DNA from: Streblomastix strix
Taxonomy: Eukaryota
Direction of reading: 5' to 3'
NCBI GenBank assembly: GCA_008636045.1
Contig: SNRW01000039.1
Coordinates: 1 to 36,678 of the forward strand
DNA: 36,678 bases
Below, one piece after another: positions 1 through 14,215 of this stretch. Below the pieces are notes generated by a model. The model saw nothing but the letters and a program-made list of their open reading frames with translations. It was not told the DNA's origin and made no database searches. Every line of letters starts with the position of its first letter. The first letter of the stretch is position 1. Position numbers and translations under genes: made by a program.

Positions 1-3000
1 CAATTATTAGCTGTTGTCCATAATAAATAATATCCTTCAAATTTCTTGGAGGTTTGTTGAAGTTCTGGATATTCAGTTATCTCACGACCTGTATAAATAA
101 ATATAAACAAACATATTGATGAATTTTGTCTAATATTAATTATTAGAATAATTTTCATACCAAGTAATCCTTCGTTCTGATTGAATTCCTTTAATTTCTT
201 CTTCATATCATCTAATGTAGTGCTTAATCTGGTCACTTCTTAGAACACATCATAAACTCTTGTAAAATCACTGTGTCTATTAAGTCTGTTCGTTTATTAT
301 ATTGCATCTTATAATTATCTCACAAATTTTTCTTGGTTGGAAACTAATTATTCTTCAAAGATCTTTTGATAACGTCTTGATTGAATGTGAATATAATATA
401 ATATAATATAATAAAACAAAGATAATATGAATAAAATATGATAAATTAATTATATAATTTCAAATTCATAAACTTCAAATTTTCTTCAGTTTCATCACAT
501 TCACCAAGGATAGTCCTTGCCCATCCATATCCAGACCAATGTTTCCTGAATTCTTCATCTGAGAATTTATAATCAAATTACTCTAATGTATCATAAGTTA
601 ATTTCATTGAATCCAAATCAGGTTATAAATTGGTCAATTCTCTGGGAATTGTTTTGAGATATTCTCTTTTTTATACCAATTCTTCTGGTGATTTTGGTTT
701 CTCAGTCAAAATGCGAAGTATTTCTTAATATTTCTCAATTAGAGTACTTGCTTGATTCATGACTCTTCTTCCTAAGGTGTTAATCATGGCTTTAGCAATA
801 TCAGTATATTTCTTAGTTATTACGGATTTAAGTTTGGCACAATTAATTAAGAACAAACCCATATAAACTTCATCTGGAATTAAACCTTCAACATCTTTTG
901 CTTTTATTTAATATCTCTTGATGACTTCAGAACAATCTTGCGGAGATCTTTCATCTCTACATTCTGTCTTAGCAAACTCCTCTATATTAACAGCCAATAT
1001 TTCATTTAGTGATTCATATGTCTTAATGTACTATTGAAGAGGTTCAACTGATTTCTCTAATGTAGCTCTCACTCTATTGAATCTTTCTTGAGTATAGGCA
1101 TCATCAAAGTCCAATACAGCCAGATATGTATTCACACCCAACTGTTATTGTCTTCTTCTTAATTCCCTTGCTAGTTACTCTTTAGATTATTCTTCCTTCT
1201 TCTCTTCTTCAGGTTATTATTATTAAGTAGTTGCTTATTCCTATTATAGAGATCTAGATCCAGGTCCATTCTTCTCTGCTTCTTTCTCTGCTTATTTCTT
1301 AGCTTCTTCTTATGCTGCTACTATGGCAGCATGTTTAATGGCTGCTTCTTTCCTGGCTTTGAATAATCTTGGCATCAGTTGTGCTTCAAGTCTTACAAAC
1401 TCTTAACATGATTCTACCCCTTAATCAAACATCTGAAGTGGCATCTATCTATATCTATCCAATGGAACTACTGAATGCACTCCTTCTTCTGCTATCCACT
1501 CAATATCTACAAAAAGAAGTGGTTGGGGTGTTTGTGTTACACGACGAAGTGATTTCAACCTCTAACTGGCTTCTGTTACTAATAAATTATCATCCGCTTT
1601 TTCATCTGATGGATTTTAGCTTTAAGGAGATTATGCATTCTTTGAATTCAGAGTATCTTAAAGTTTTCCCTTTTCTAACTCTAATTATTAAATTATCTTT
1701 TTAGCTTCTCCACGACGTATACGAGGAGGTTTAAATGTTACTTATACATCATTCATTCCATTAACAACAACAGATTAAGGTGTCAATTATTCAAAGAAGC
1801 TAGTGTATTCTTCAACTGATTATTACATCATCATCTTTAATGAATCTTACATCATGAATGTTACAGTTGTGAAGAATTTCCTTAATTTGCTTATTTCATA
1901 TTATTCAATATTATCTTCTTATCCATTGAACCATTATTTCCCAACATTCTAAAGTGCATTAACAACTGCTTATTTAACACTCATCATCCATTTATCATTC
2001 AAGAATGATACAAGTGAAGTGCATGTTTATGTTTACATATTGGACATATCATCCAATTGAAGAGTCCTACCTTTGAGTTATTTAATGCAGAAGAGCCTTT
2101 AATTAGAGATTCCATCACATTCAGCTCTTATATGGAACAATGAACCAACAACCTGAGGTTTAGTCAAGAAAGATTATTCCATCAACTTATTCTTTGAATC
2201 AGCCATATTATGTGGTGGTGTTTCTACTGTTCCTTATTCTGGAATCTCCTTTTCTTTCTCTTCAGGAGGAAGTTCAATGTCTTCAAACAACTGTGGATTC
2301 TTCTTCTCTTTCCTCTCAATATCAAATATTAGTTTATTCATCGCCTAACAATGTAAAGAAGTCACTTCCTGCATTACTCCTGTTTTATCAACTCTTTCTA
2401 ATTTAGTTCTCTTCTCAATTGGAAGATCATTGTCTGTATCTTCATCAATTGTTTATTATCCAACATCCTTATCTCCAGTAACTGTTACCATTGGTTATCC
2501 TCTAATTCTGTGCAACTTGGAGAAGTTACATAGAGTTGACATCTGAATTATTCTTTATAATGATTCTGTAGATGGAAGTGATACATCATCTGTTGGCATT
2601 GATTATTAACATAATGTATAATTCAACTAAAGAGAAGCTTCATTTCTTTTTTTATGAGCCCAAAGAACACGAAGAACAAATTTCTCAGGATCTTCACCAC
2701 GGAAGCAGATATGAATTCTTGGTAACTGACTAATTTATTAATCTGATCTCCATCTAACATCAAATCTCTCTTATATATATCTACCCATTGCTGATGCTAC
2801 TTTCTTCTTCTACTTCTCAGACATCAGATCTCCTGAATGAGTGCGTTCAGGTACATTTGGAGGGATTCTAATGAGAGATACAACATCACAATCTTCCCAC
2901 ACTGCTGTTCCATTATCAGAGAACCTTGCTGCTCTTGCAGGTACTGGCACTGGAGCTTTGACTATAAGCTCATTCTGTAGTTCTGGAGAGTCATTGTCTT

Positions 3001-3610
3001 CTAATACTGCAACTTGCTATTATCCTTCAGTGAGAGGCTTAAGATATTCTTCATCTTCTTCACGATCTTCATTATCTTCAACAGTTTATCCTAGTTTTAA
3101 CTATTTTTTCAGCTCTTCAGTTAAGTTTTCCATAAGTTCAGCCTCCTCAGAATCAGAAAGCTCAACATCATCAGGCAATTCCTCGTCATCACCACCAATT
3201 CCTTTCTTTCCATATCTCTGTTTTAGTCGGCGTCTCTCCATTCTGTGCAGTCTGGAGATAATTCGCTTTCGTTCTTCTGGTGATATGCTATCTGCGTTGC
3301 TCTCATCCACAAGTTTGGCTGCTTCAGCACGTTTTCCCATGTTAATCCAGTCAATTGAGAATCTATCATCGAAATCGCTGTTGTCAAACGCTTCAAGTGG
3401 TAGAAGCTTGCTTACATTTTTTGGATCTGATTACACGCTGTAGTCAATGCCTAGTACACGTAATAGAGCTTCTATATCTTTAGAATTCCACAATTTTTTA
3501 GTTCTCTCTATTAGAATTTTTCTTGGTACTTTCCCTGGTGCTGGATTATATTCTGCAAAAATTTTTGGCTGCTCGACGTCCGGTTACAATTTTGTCGAGT
3601 ACGAGGTCAT
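1..3610 (-). CDS. DNAH1: Axonemal inner-arm dynein heavy chain, DNAH1-like, N-terminal part (runs off the window start). Introns 376-473 and 89-160.
   Basis: With TAR=Gln the frame from ATG 3610 has no TGA. Motifs PAPGKVPRKILIER, LLPLEAFDNSDFDDR, PRIHICFRGEDPEKFVLRV and MNKLIFD match the DNAH1 N-terminus. EFNQNEGLLGREITEYPEL...YYLW is the dynein tail motif. Both GT-AG introns restore the frame. Confidence 0.88.
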
Positions 3611-4468
3611 TACGAGTATATTTCTTTAATTAAAGTTATATAAAATTAAATGAATTAATTATAATTTTAATGAAAATTAATTTTATTATAGCAATGGCTT
3701 AAGAAAAATGATATAGAAATAAAAACAGTGTTCGCACTCAGTCAAAATAAAATATGGTATAATTAATCTTACTATTTTTAGGAATATCAAAAATAAGTTA
3801 TTATTTTTCAATTTTAAAGAAAATATATCTTGCATTGTGTGAAAATTTGTAATTTTTAAAAAAAATTTTGTTTGTGCTCTGTGAATAGTATATTTTTAAT
3901 TTGAGTAAAGATTGTATGTTAAGTTATTATGAAATAGTTCAAAAAAACAAAATGCTAGCACTTATATTCAATATCACATTCAACTGCTGACTGAAATCGT
4001 ATTGTACTATGCACCTAAATCAAACTCGGTTCTTTCTCTATACTTTTCAATTTTGCATGTACAATTGTAATTAGAGTAAATTTTAAAGAATAAATTTAAA
4101 AAGTTTTAGTCTTAAATCTTGTAATACAGCTTAAAACATTTTAACAGAAGAACGTACAATATATAATGAATATTTTTCAAAAAAATTTCTATTAATCACA
4201 ACATTATACTTTTTGCATTGAATTTCATAACTTAAATTCTTGTATATACCGTTTTCAAATATTTATCAAAAATTTGTGAATCCTACTTCCATGTTTAATT
4301 TTTCTTTTCATTTTATTTATTTTATTCATTATAACAAGATATAAATGCAACTTATTTTAATTTTTTAAAAAATTTATAATAAATTAAGCACAAAAAAAAG
4401 GCTTTTTATATTTATTTTTATTTATTTCTATTTTTTTGCTAAATAATGTTCAGTTCAGCCTTTAATCA
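3611..4468. promoter_or_regulatory. AT-rich divergent intergenic region (probable bidirectional promoter) between dynein and the membrane protein gene
   Basis: Head-to-head gene arrangement; no specific motif identified. Confidence 0.4.
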
Positions 4469-4486
4469 ATGATTCAGTAATAAAAA

Positions 4487-7400
4487 ATGAAAGAAGATAT
4501 TAACGCTGAAATTGAAGATGACGATATAGAAGTAAGTACGAAAGGCCTTGGATCTTTAGATGTGTTTGTTGCTAAAATACTTGTTCCTCTATACGATTAG
4601 GTTTGTGTAACTCAATTTACATTTGTTAAAAATTGATTAATTGAACTATAATAAAAATTTGAATATATTATTTGTTCTTCATCAACTTCGCAGGACAAGT
4701 ACCCAGTACTACAGAAGGAATTTTTTTTATATTTTCTTGTAGTGATTCAGATGATATCGCTAGGAGCATATAGTATTCATCCAGTAACTCAGCGCCCTCC
4801 TTCAAGCTTATTCTTCTATATGTTGGGTTTTATAGATGGGTAATCATGGGGTTAACTATCTAAAAGCAATATTTTATTTGTATTGTTTGGTTGTGTTGGA
4901 GTCTTATTGATATCAATTACATTCAATGCAGTAATTTCCTTTAATCATGAAAAATTATTAGTCTCGCATAGGCCCCTTGTCTATGCAGATAGATTTCTCT
5001 TTGATTTATTCTAAACAGTTTCAAATATTATCTTCTTGAATATCTCAATATCAACATTTGATTGTATAAAATCAGAAACTGGCAATTATTCAGTTCTGAG
5101 ATTTGCAGCAGTGCAATGCTTTGGTAACAATGCTCTTCAAATAGCTGCGGCATTATTTGCAATCTTATTCAGCTTAATATTCTTATTCCTTGAAATACTA
5201 ATGGGGTTTTGTATATTCAACAATAATTGCAAGCATGGAGGACTATTTTCGAAATCTTCTGGGTAGGTAGAAGCATTTTAAAGATTTCTCTTATTTGGTC
5301 TTGTGTTTGGATAGAGAATGCTCATTAACTGGCATTTCTGGAGAGGATTTGTTAGTATGGGTACATCAGCACTACTTGTGTTTATATATGCATTCTACTA
5401 ACCTCATTATCATATCTCTGGTAATTCATTGATGATGTCTAGATATATGATATATGGAGTTGAAAGACTATTCATGGAGATTGCATTTAAAGTATAAGGT
5501 GTAACTCCAGTAGATGAAAGTGGGAATGCATCAGTTAAACCAATTGTATATATAATGTTTGGTGTTGGATTAGCTGTTGGCATTATTTGTTCTCTATTAA
5601 TGTCTTTAGTAATCAAATGGATTAACAAGAGAAGATGGCTTCTAGACTCAAACAATGATATACTTGCATTGCCACAGTATTAATCACAATCATCTGAAAT
5701 CATTGAAGAAAAAGATGTGCTATTAGTTAAGAACTTCAAGATTGTTTGGATGGTTGAAAGATAACTAAGATTCTTACATCAGAAGAACTTAAGATAAACT
5801 CCCTATATATTATATGCTAATTTCTGTTATAATGTTGCATTGAGGTTACACAAAGAAAGTCCAGAGCTTCTCTTTTCATATGCAACATTCCTATAGTAAA
5901 TTGCTAAACAACCTCATCCAGCAGCTGAAGTTGTATCACGATGCAGAATATTAAGGCCTCCAATGTCTATGAGAATTGTTCTAGCTCTGTAAATGCTTGA
6001 ATAATAAAGAATAAGAAGATTGAAGAATTAACTATAAGCAAGTATGACAAGACGTATATTAACCACAATGGAGCAACATATCTTGGATCAAGTAGAAGAT
6101 TTTGTAGAAGAAGCTTTAGGGGAACTTCGTATGTTTTGGGAAGGTTTAATAAGACCATAACCTGACTTATGGGAATTATAGAATCATTTGGAGATGATGT
6201 CAGAATTAACAACAAAAGCATTAAAACTGCATATGAGACTTCTGGAGACGTGTTCAAACAATCCAACTGTACTCAGAAGTTATGCTCTATTCACTGGATA
6301 ATTACTTAGAGATGAAGGTGAAGCATAAGTTGCATTAGAAAGAGCGAATACTTTAGAACAAGAATTGGACAAATAACAAACATCACTCAGACGTAATCCA
6401 TATCCGAGTCGATATAATGCACATCCAGGTAAGTCGAGGGGGATAACTCTATTAAATGATGGGTTTGTAGCTGAATATGGAGAGTCAGTATCATAAAGGG
6501 AAAGAGAAGCAGATCCATTTTCATAGGAGAGCAAAAGAGGAATTGAAAGCAGAAGGGGGAGTGAAATTGAGATGAATATTCTCACTCAGAGTCAGAAGTA
6601 GTTGGAGCCAATAAAGAATAAGTAGAATAAGAAGAATTAAAAATCAGAGAAGAAGAAGCAGAAAGAGAAATAATAAAGAAATTAGTCTCTTTTATTAAAA
6701 TAATCGAATGGATTCAATTCAGGAGAAATGGATACTGTAATTGAAATTAATGGATAAAACACTTCATCAATGCTTACAAACTCAAATATAATATTAGGAA
6801 CACAATCAGGAATTGCTCATATTATTGGATTTAGTGCACAAGTTGGTGGATTTATTGTAATGATAATAATAAGTGAATCTGTTCTATATATTTCTATGAA
6901 TGGATTTGAAGATTCATTGGAACTGATTCACACTATTGGAAATCTTGGATACTACACAACCAGGTTATCATGTTCAGCAATTGATCTCTTCTTACATGAA
7001 TAAGAAGAATGGGATGCGAATTTATTCAACAATGGAGAGAAGAATATCGCCTTACTTTCTGTTCCATTGATACTGACTTCACTTACATAAAGTGCAGATG
7101 CTATTGAACATGTCACACAGAATATATATTAGGTCAAAATAATAGAACTGTAACCTTGGGAAGCGATGGATATTGATATATAATTCTATAAATGGGACAC
7201 TGCTTCAAAGAGAGTGAATGAATCAACAGTAAGAGTATTATCTCTTCTTGGTGCAGAGACATCTTTAGTTCAGTAAGTGAGGATCATAACATCAGAAGCA
7301 TATTAGAACCAGGATAAATGGCCTTAGATTTCATCTTCTAAATAAAATATGAATGAATCTAATGCATCTGATCCACCTCTTTCATCTTCTTCCTTCTATG

Positions 7401-10102
7401 AAGCTCTGATGTATATTTTAGCAAATCCATTATAACCAATATTTGAAGGATGTAAAAGAGCAATAATTGATCTATTCAATAATTCTGAGAAATGGAGAAT
7501 TTCAGTCACATATTTATATCCATTTTTATTATTTGGGTTGTCTCTTATTGTTATTATTATAAGTGTGATTGTTGAGTTCATATTTTTGCGTTTGACTGGA
7601 AAACAAAGAGTAAAAGCATACAAACACATACTTGAACTTTCAGAATCAGATGTAAGACAAGAATTATAGAAGACAATTGTAGCGATAATGAATGTTGGAT
7701 CAGCTGAAGAATTTGGAGACAAAGAAAATGAAGAAGAATATGAGAGGCAGAGAGAAGAAGAATAAAGAGATGAATTTGTTGGATATAAGACAAATGCAGA
7801 TGCAGAGAAAGTGAAGGATAATTAGTAGGTTAAGAAAGGAGCTCAAAATTATAATCAGAAATAATAATAGCAATCGTCTCTTATAAGTTAGCCAGTATCA
7901 TAAATTAGTAATTCAATATCTTAATAAGATTCAGCAATGGTGAATAGGTAATAAAAACTTAAATAATAAGTGTAATTGTCTAATGTTTCAACTAATATTA
8001 ATTATCAGTAGTTGAAAGCACTTAAAAAGAATGCGAATAGATTAAAAGCATTGGGTAGGTTTGGATAAGTGAAAGATAAAAGACTTCCAGTTGATCTTCG
8101 TAGAGCTAATGATATGTAATGGGAGTAGGAACTTGATGCTCACATTGTTAGACTGGTTGAATTATATTCATCAATACCATAACAGGTTCAGATCACAGTA
8201 TATAAAGTATTATTAGTAAATATGATTGGAATAATGCTATTAATAGCCATGCTCATGATTGTATATTTTATCTATACTATTAACTTTTCTGAAACATCTG
8301 CAAATATTGTTATGATTGGAACTTATCAGTCACTTCTTATGATGGTGAAATTTGTATCTGCCAGAATGATTGCACCTTCAGATAAAGTTACTCCTCCAGT
8401 TAACTATGTATACAATATGAGTACAAATGCATGTTTCAATAATTTAGATCATTTATCATCTAATGGAATAGATCTGATGGAATTACTTGGTTGTCTTGGT
8501 GAATATGCCATAAAAGTTGCTCATAGAGGATATTTTGATGCTAAAGTGATCGATCCAGATGGAGCAGGATATGCTGAATTTGCTGGACAAGAAGACATGG
8601 CTCGTATGTCATAAGATGTTATATTAGACAGCATTTAAAGTTATAGAATGAATCATGATGTGATTAGTAATGCTCTGTTATAGAAATCTGATTGCCTGGG
8701 ATAAAGTTAATCCCGTTCAGCTTAATAATCTCAATAATCAAATGAAATGAATGAATTCAATTAATAATAAGCTAATTTAGATATTGATGTTGAGTATGAA
8801 TATGAAGAAGATAAATTACTATGCACAATTCCACTATCATAGAGAGTATTCAGAAAAGAGAGAGGAAATTTATTTGGTATGATGGGATTGGAATCAAGAT
8901 TGAGACATAACATCAGACTCTTATCTAAGTTGTATATGAATGAGCAAGTATTGGAAAGTATGAATTTAGCTGCTTAAACAACTGTAACAGAAACACTTAT
9001 ATCAACAATTCTCCCTGAACACAAATTCATATAAAGTGTTCTTCATTATGATCTTGCAATTGGTGGTAATAAACTTGGATTGAAATTACTCAACAATGCT
9101 AAAGCTGAAATGAAAAGTACATAAGGTTCAATACTTGGGTTGTCAATATTCTCAATCTTTGTTCATATGATATTATGCATTGGTTGTTGTGTAGCCATTC
9201 TATATACATACAGACAGATTGGAGTTCAGACATTGGAACTTGAGTAGCTCTATAAAACACTTCTAGTGAGCTCTGAGGAAGAAGAAGAATAGAAATAAGA
9301 AGGCGAATATAATCATGGAGATGATAAATAAGCAGATTTCACTCCACCTTCATAAGATCCTGCTGGATTACCTTTCTCATTCATATCTCAATAATCATAG
9401 AACTCTATAAGTAACTTAGTAATATCAACTGCTGCCACAGCTACCTTCTAATAATCAATGCATACTGGAGTAGGATGGATGGATGAAGGAAGATAACACA
9501 TTGCAGATACAGCTCAGAGTGTGGTTGAATCTTAACAGAGAAATGAGAGTGCATCTTAGTTGATTAAATAGATGGACATGCTTATAACTGCAACTAGTCA
9601 AGTGCTGAATAAAGAAGAATTGGTTATTGAAGGCATCATTAACGAGATTCTAAAGAAGTATAGACCTTAGAAGAAGAAGAAAGTTGGGTTGAAATCACCA
9701 AGCAAAGATGATAACAAAGAATAAACTGTAACTAAGTTCACAGCATAATAAATAAATAGTGTGATGATGCAATTGTCAATATTTCAGGCAGGTTATGCAT
9801 TCCACAAACGTGAGCACACAATCTTACATCAAAGACTCGTGTATGTCATCGATCTTCTTCGATTGAAGATTAAGGAATAAAAAAAATGGAAATTGAATCC
9901 TTTTAGTGGAGACTCAAAGAATGCATAGAGGAGTAAGAATGTTGTAAATGTCATGTAAGTTGTCACAAGGCAGGTGGCAGCATCTCTTTTCTAGGAGCAT
10001 TTCAGAGTGAAAGATAAAATCCTTATGAAGTTTCTGAATAAACTTTAGAAGGAATATCTACAAGATGATCATCATCTAGAACACAAAGAATCTATAAAAT
10101 GA
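4487..10102 (+). CDS. Large multi-pass membrane protein, TmcB/TmcC-like, ~1840 aa: N-terminal TM bundle, TPR-like region, further TM segments and a C-terminal degenerate hemerythrin domain. Intron 4601-4693; alternative in-frame ATG at 4469.
   Basis: A 5.4-kb second exon with no in-frame TGA until 10100-10102. Many hydrophobic segments at 4720-5615, ~6830-6890, ~7510-7585, ~8210-8275 and ~9130-9205. TmcB-type motif FWEGL...PTVLRSYALFTGQLLRDE. Hemerythrin-like C-terminus TGVGWMD...KEE...HKREH...EHFRVKD. Confidence 0.85.
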
Positions 10103-10214
10103 ACATAGTGTTTGTTTTTAGAGTAGAACTTTCACTTCACATAAAAATGTAAAATTATCACAGAGTAATATTTATGTTTAATTAATGCTTAGTTTATTAA
10201 TAAATAACAGTTTT

Positions 10215-11177
10215 TCAATTATTAGCCTAAATTTTGCCTTATTCTTTTATATTGGATGAAGTTTGCATATTGAGTTCCCAAACCATTTTCAGCTCGTTAT
10301 TTCCAAGCTCTGCTAAACATGGTTAGAGTGTTGAAGTCTGAATCTATTCAGGAAGTCTAAAAACAAATCGATAAGAAGTGTTCTATTGTTCTTCAGTATA
10401 AGGAGTAATTATTTGGAATTCTTAACCTTCACTCCTAATTTATTTCTCCAATGATTCAAGTGGATTAGGCTTACAATCACAATACACAACTATAAGATGA
10501 TCAAATGAAACACATTCTAGATTTGTATAAGGAAATGGTGAAGAGTCGAAGAGTAAGTATCTTCGATCACTTTCATCTACAGAGAATATAGCAAATGAAT
10601 ATGGAGGAAGTCTATCAAAAGGTTATTAAATCAATGTTAACTATGAAGATGGTTACTGATCTTTGTGCTGTTTCTTCCAATCAACGAGTTGATTTAAACT
10701 CCATCTCAAAGATTCAATATGTGCAAGAGTTTTAAATTGTAAAATTTCTCCTTTCATTGCAACTTCATCAACCAGCATTGGACTCATTTCTAAACCAAAA
10801 AAAACATATTTTTTAAAACTTGGATTATTTTTTGTTCGTTTTAATTTGTATCCCTTCAGTCCTGCTTTCTAATCTGCCCCCATATTCTGATAATTATAGT
10901 GCCTAGAAATGATCTCTCTGATCCTCTTGCTCATGTTCTGCTTAAATTAAAGTCCAAAATCTTGTTCGGTGAAATTAGCATTTGCTGTCATCATCGAAAA
11001 AAGTGCAAAAAGATCTTCAACAGTAACACAACTTACAGTCACATCGATTATATCATTGGAAAATCGACAAAAAATGCGGAGAAATAAATAGAACGCTTAA
11101 TTACTACGTTTAAGTGATATGATGTCAGCTGGCAAAGGAATTTCTTTTTCCGCGACTTGTGCTCTAAAAACTTGCAT
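10215..11177 (-). CDS. Hypothetical protein, at least 320 aa (MQVFRAQVAEKEIPLP...QANN*); may have further upstream exons
   Basis: 321 codons open with TAR=Gln, ending at TGA 10217-10215, with coding-like composition. A TTTAG acceptor-like site just upstream (~11190) and GTAAGC donors at ~11322 and ~11381 hint at upstream exons. No family recognised. Confidence 0.7.
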
Positions 11178-11585
11178 GTAAATATCCTAAAATACGATTT
11201 TATATAAAATCTACAAGTTAGTGTAATTTGAAAATTTAGAAAAATATATAAATGTTCGTGGATAATTTACTTTTTTATATTTAAGTGAAAAATTTATAAT
11301 AATTAAGAGCAGAAAAGCTTACGCAAGAATGGAAATTTGTTCTCTCAAATTTTAGATTATTAATCGTAATATTATGCTTACGAGATAAAAATTGAATATA
11401 ACCACATTGTATAATTATTTTCAAGTGTTAAATAAATGTATACGACTACCGCAACAGCTAGAAAGCAGTTTTTTCCCATTTTTCTTTTTTATTTTAAATT
11501 TTCTAAAAAATAAACGTAATAGAATAATAAATTAACAAGAATTAATTACGTTAAAAATATTGTATTGTACATGAAATTAAATTTA

Positions 11586-14170
11586 TCAAGTCCTCTTCTC
11601 TTTAAGGTGAATAAATGCTTGTTCAGAAACATAAATAACTACAAGGCGTCGTCCACGAACACATTTCCCACTAATATTAGCTATTGCCTACTTTGCAGAT
11701 TCGATTGATGAAAATTTAGCATAAATATTCATAAGATTTGCGATTTCAACAGCGATATTCTCAATCATAGACTGTCCACCAGAGTTGTTCTCAGTCCAGG
11801 CAGAAAGCATGCTTTAGAGAAATGCATGTGAATCAGGCCACGGTAAAGCAACTGTTTCCTTAAGGTCGCCTGCACTCTTGCATACTTCAATAACATCTGC
11901 AATACACCAATGATCAAGTTACTCCAATGAAATATTTTCTAATTGTATGTGTGTTTGATTAATTGATTCATTAGTTTGTGTTGATGATTAATCTTTGTTA
12001 CTAAGTGAAGTGTTTAATTTTGGCTAATGACTATTTGGTGAGTGACGTGGTGATTAGTTTTTTTCGTTATTATCTTTAGAAATTTGCTCTTTACTTACAT
12101 TATCATCCTATTATTCTTAGTTATCATCCGATTTCTATGTTGTTTATTTATCCATCTTTTTGGTAGTTTTTTTGTCTGTAACATTATTTTTTTCACTAAT
12201 ATTAATTAATTTGTCACTTCTTCCCTTTCCATCTATTTAGTTACTACTATTATTTTTATTGATTTTAATGTCTTCTTCTGATTCTTCTTTTTTGTCTTTC
12301 TACGCTAAATGATCTTCATCTTCTTTTTCATTAAATTATTCTCCTCCTTATGATATTTATTCTTCTGTATCAATTTCCATCTATTTCTTTTTCTTATTCT
12401 TATGCTTATTCTTTTAATAGGTCCTTGATTCAGATTGAGATGATTAATGTGAATTTGACCGTTTGTGAGATGAAGAAGATTTTTAGTGTGATAAGCTATG
12501 TTCTGATGAAGACTATATATCCTTTTTCATAGATGATTATCGATCAATGCTGCTTTTTCTTCCTCTTTTTTGGATATTTTTGCTCTTCTTTTTTGATTTT
12601 TTGGAATTTTCATCATCTTTCTATCGTTTTTACTTCTCTTTTTTCTTTTCTTGTATTTTTTATTCCTTATTGTGTTATTTTGTATCCATTTCTTCTGATT
12701 CCTAATTCTAACCGTTATCTGAATTATCACTACTAACAATTCTATTACTCAATTTATGATTCTGTCCTTTCTTATTTTTGTGAATATTTTAAGGATGTCC
12801 TTTTATGTTTTTGTTATTCTTCTTATGATCATTATTCTTTTTCTTTTTGTGTTTAATAGAAGAACTTGAATGTGAATTGGATCTTGAATGTGAATTGTGT
12901 TATGATTATGAATGAGATTAGGATTAAGATGAATAATGTGAATGTGAATGTGAAGGTGATGCAATTGGACTAATTGATTCTCTTTTTATAGATTATTTCT
13001 ATTTCTTATTTTTCCCTTCTTGTCCAAATTCCTCTTTTCCTTATTCAACTTTCTTATCTTCTTTTTCTTTATCTAAAGTAATCCCACTTACAATTTCAAT
13101 TAATTCAGTTGGATAAGGTCTGGCATTTAATATGCACAATACAGATGTTGGTTGAGGTTCAGCATCAACAGCAGCAATAACTGATAGTGAAAGTTTAGAT
13201 AGAAGCAATGGATGTATACGACCAAGTATTGATGCACATGAAGGAATGAGATATTACTGATTAATTGTGGATTAAGAAGAGGAATGAGTTTAGATATGAG
13301 CAGATATTCTTATTGGTTATAATGAACTTGATTCATGCGTAAGCGCTGTTTTATATACCTGAAAAAGAGTATAAAAAGAAAAAAATATATAAAAGATATA
13401 AAACATACATTTTCAGTAACATTAGTTTTCCCAGCAATAAGTTTATGTTTATTTCCATCTTTCCAAACAAATTCCTTTCCATCAAGAGCACTTACAGCAG
13501 CATCAGCCTTCTCACCATCCATTAATTCAAAGAAAGCAAATCCTTAACTAGAACATGTAACAGGATCATTTGGTATCTCTATAAATTCAATCGGTCTTAG
13601 CGGAGATAGAATTTAATATATTTCATTTGCATTCACTCCAACTGGTAATCCTCCAATGAATACACGCTTCATCATATCTTATTAAACTTATTGTCCAGTT
13701 ATGAAGTCAACTTTCTTAGGATCTTATATATGAGCTTGTTTTGTGAGTAGACTGACCATCTCTTTTAATTCTATTTCTTCTGGTAATGGAGGCAGTGGTG
13801 AATATGTTGCTGGCCTCTTAAATATGAGTTATTGATGGTTAAACATGAGCCCATTAAGCATAAGAGCGTTTGTAGTGTCCTCACTGGTCGCAAATTCAAC
13901 AAAAGCAAAAGGTTGACCTGCGACGTATTAAACACCTGTACATGTTGGAGTCTATGCGAGTTTACGCTCAATGACAGCAACATTTATACAGTCCATTAAG
14001 TCATTTACTGAATCTAAATCTTGTAATTTGCTCACATACAGCTTTCTTGAGTTTTATCGCAAAACAGTTGTAGCAGATGCCAATTATTACACACGCTAAA
14101 TCTCTGCACGATGAATAATAGGAGGCGCAGAAGGCGCTTACTGTTAATCAACGTCCCACAAAGAGTGCAT
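11586..14170 (-). CDS. U2AF2: Splicing factor U2AF large subunit (U2AF65), ~844 aa; intron 13359-13408
   Basis: ULM motif SLWDV. RRM1: RQNSRKLYV...FAFVEFATSEDTTNALMLNGLMF..QQLIFKRP.TYSPLP. RRM2: KRVFIGGLP...SQGFAFFE. UHM: QPTSVLCILN...IADVIEVCKSAG...IYAKFSSIESAKQAIANISGK.VRGRRLVVIY. Confidence 0.9.
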
Positions 14171-14215
14171 ACTATATAAATATATTATTTATGAATTTTT
14201 AATTGATATTTAAGC

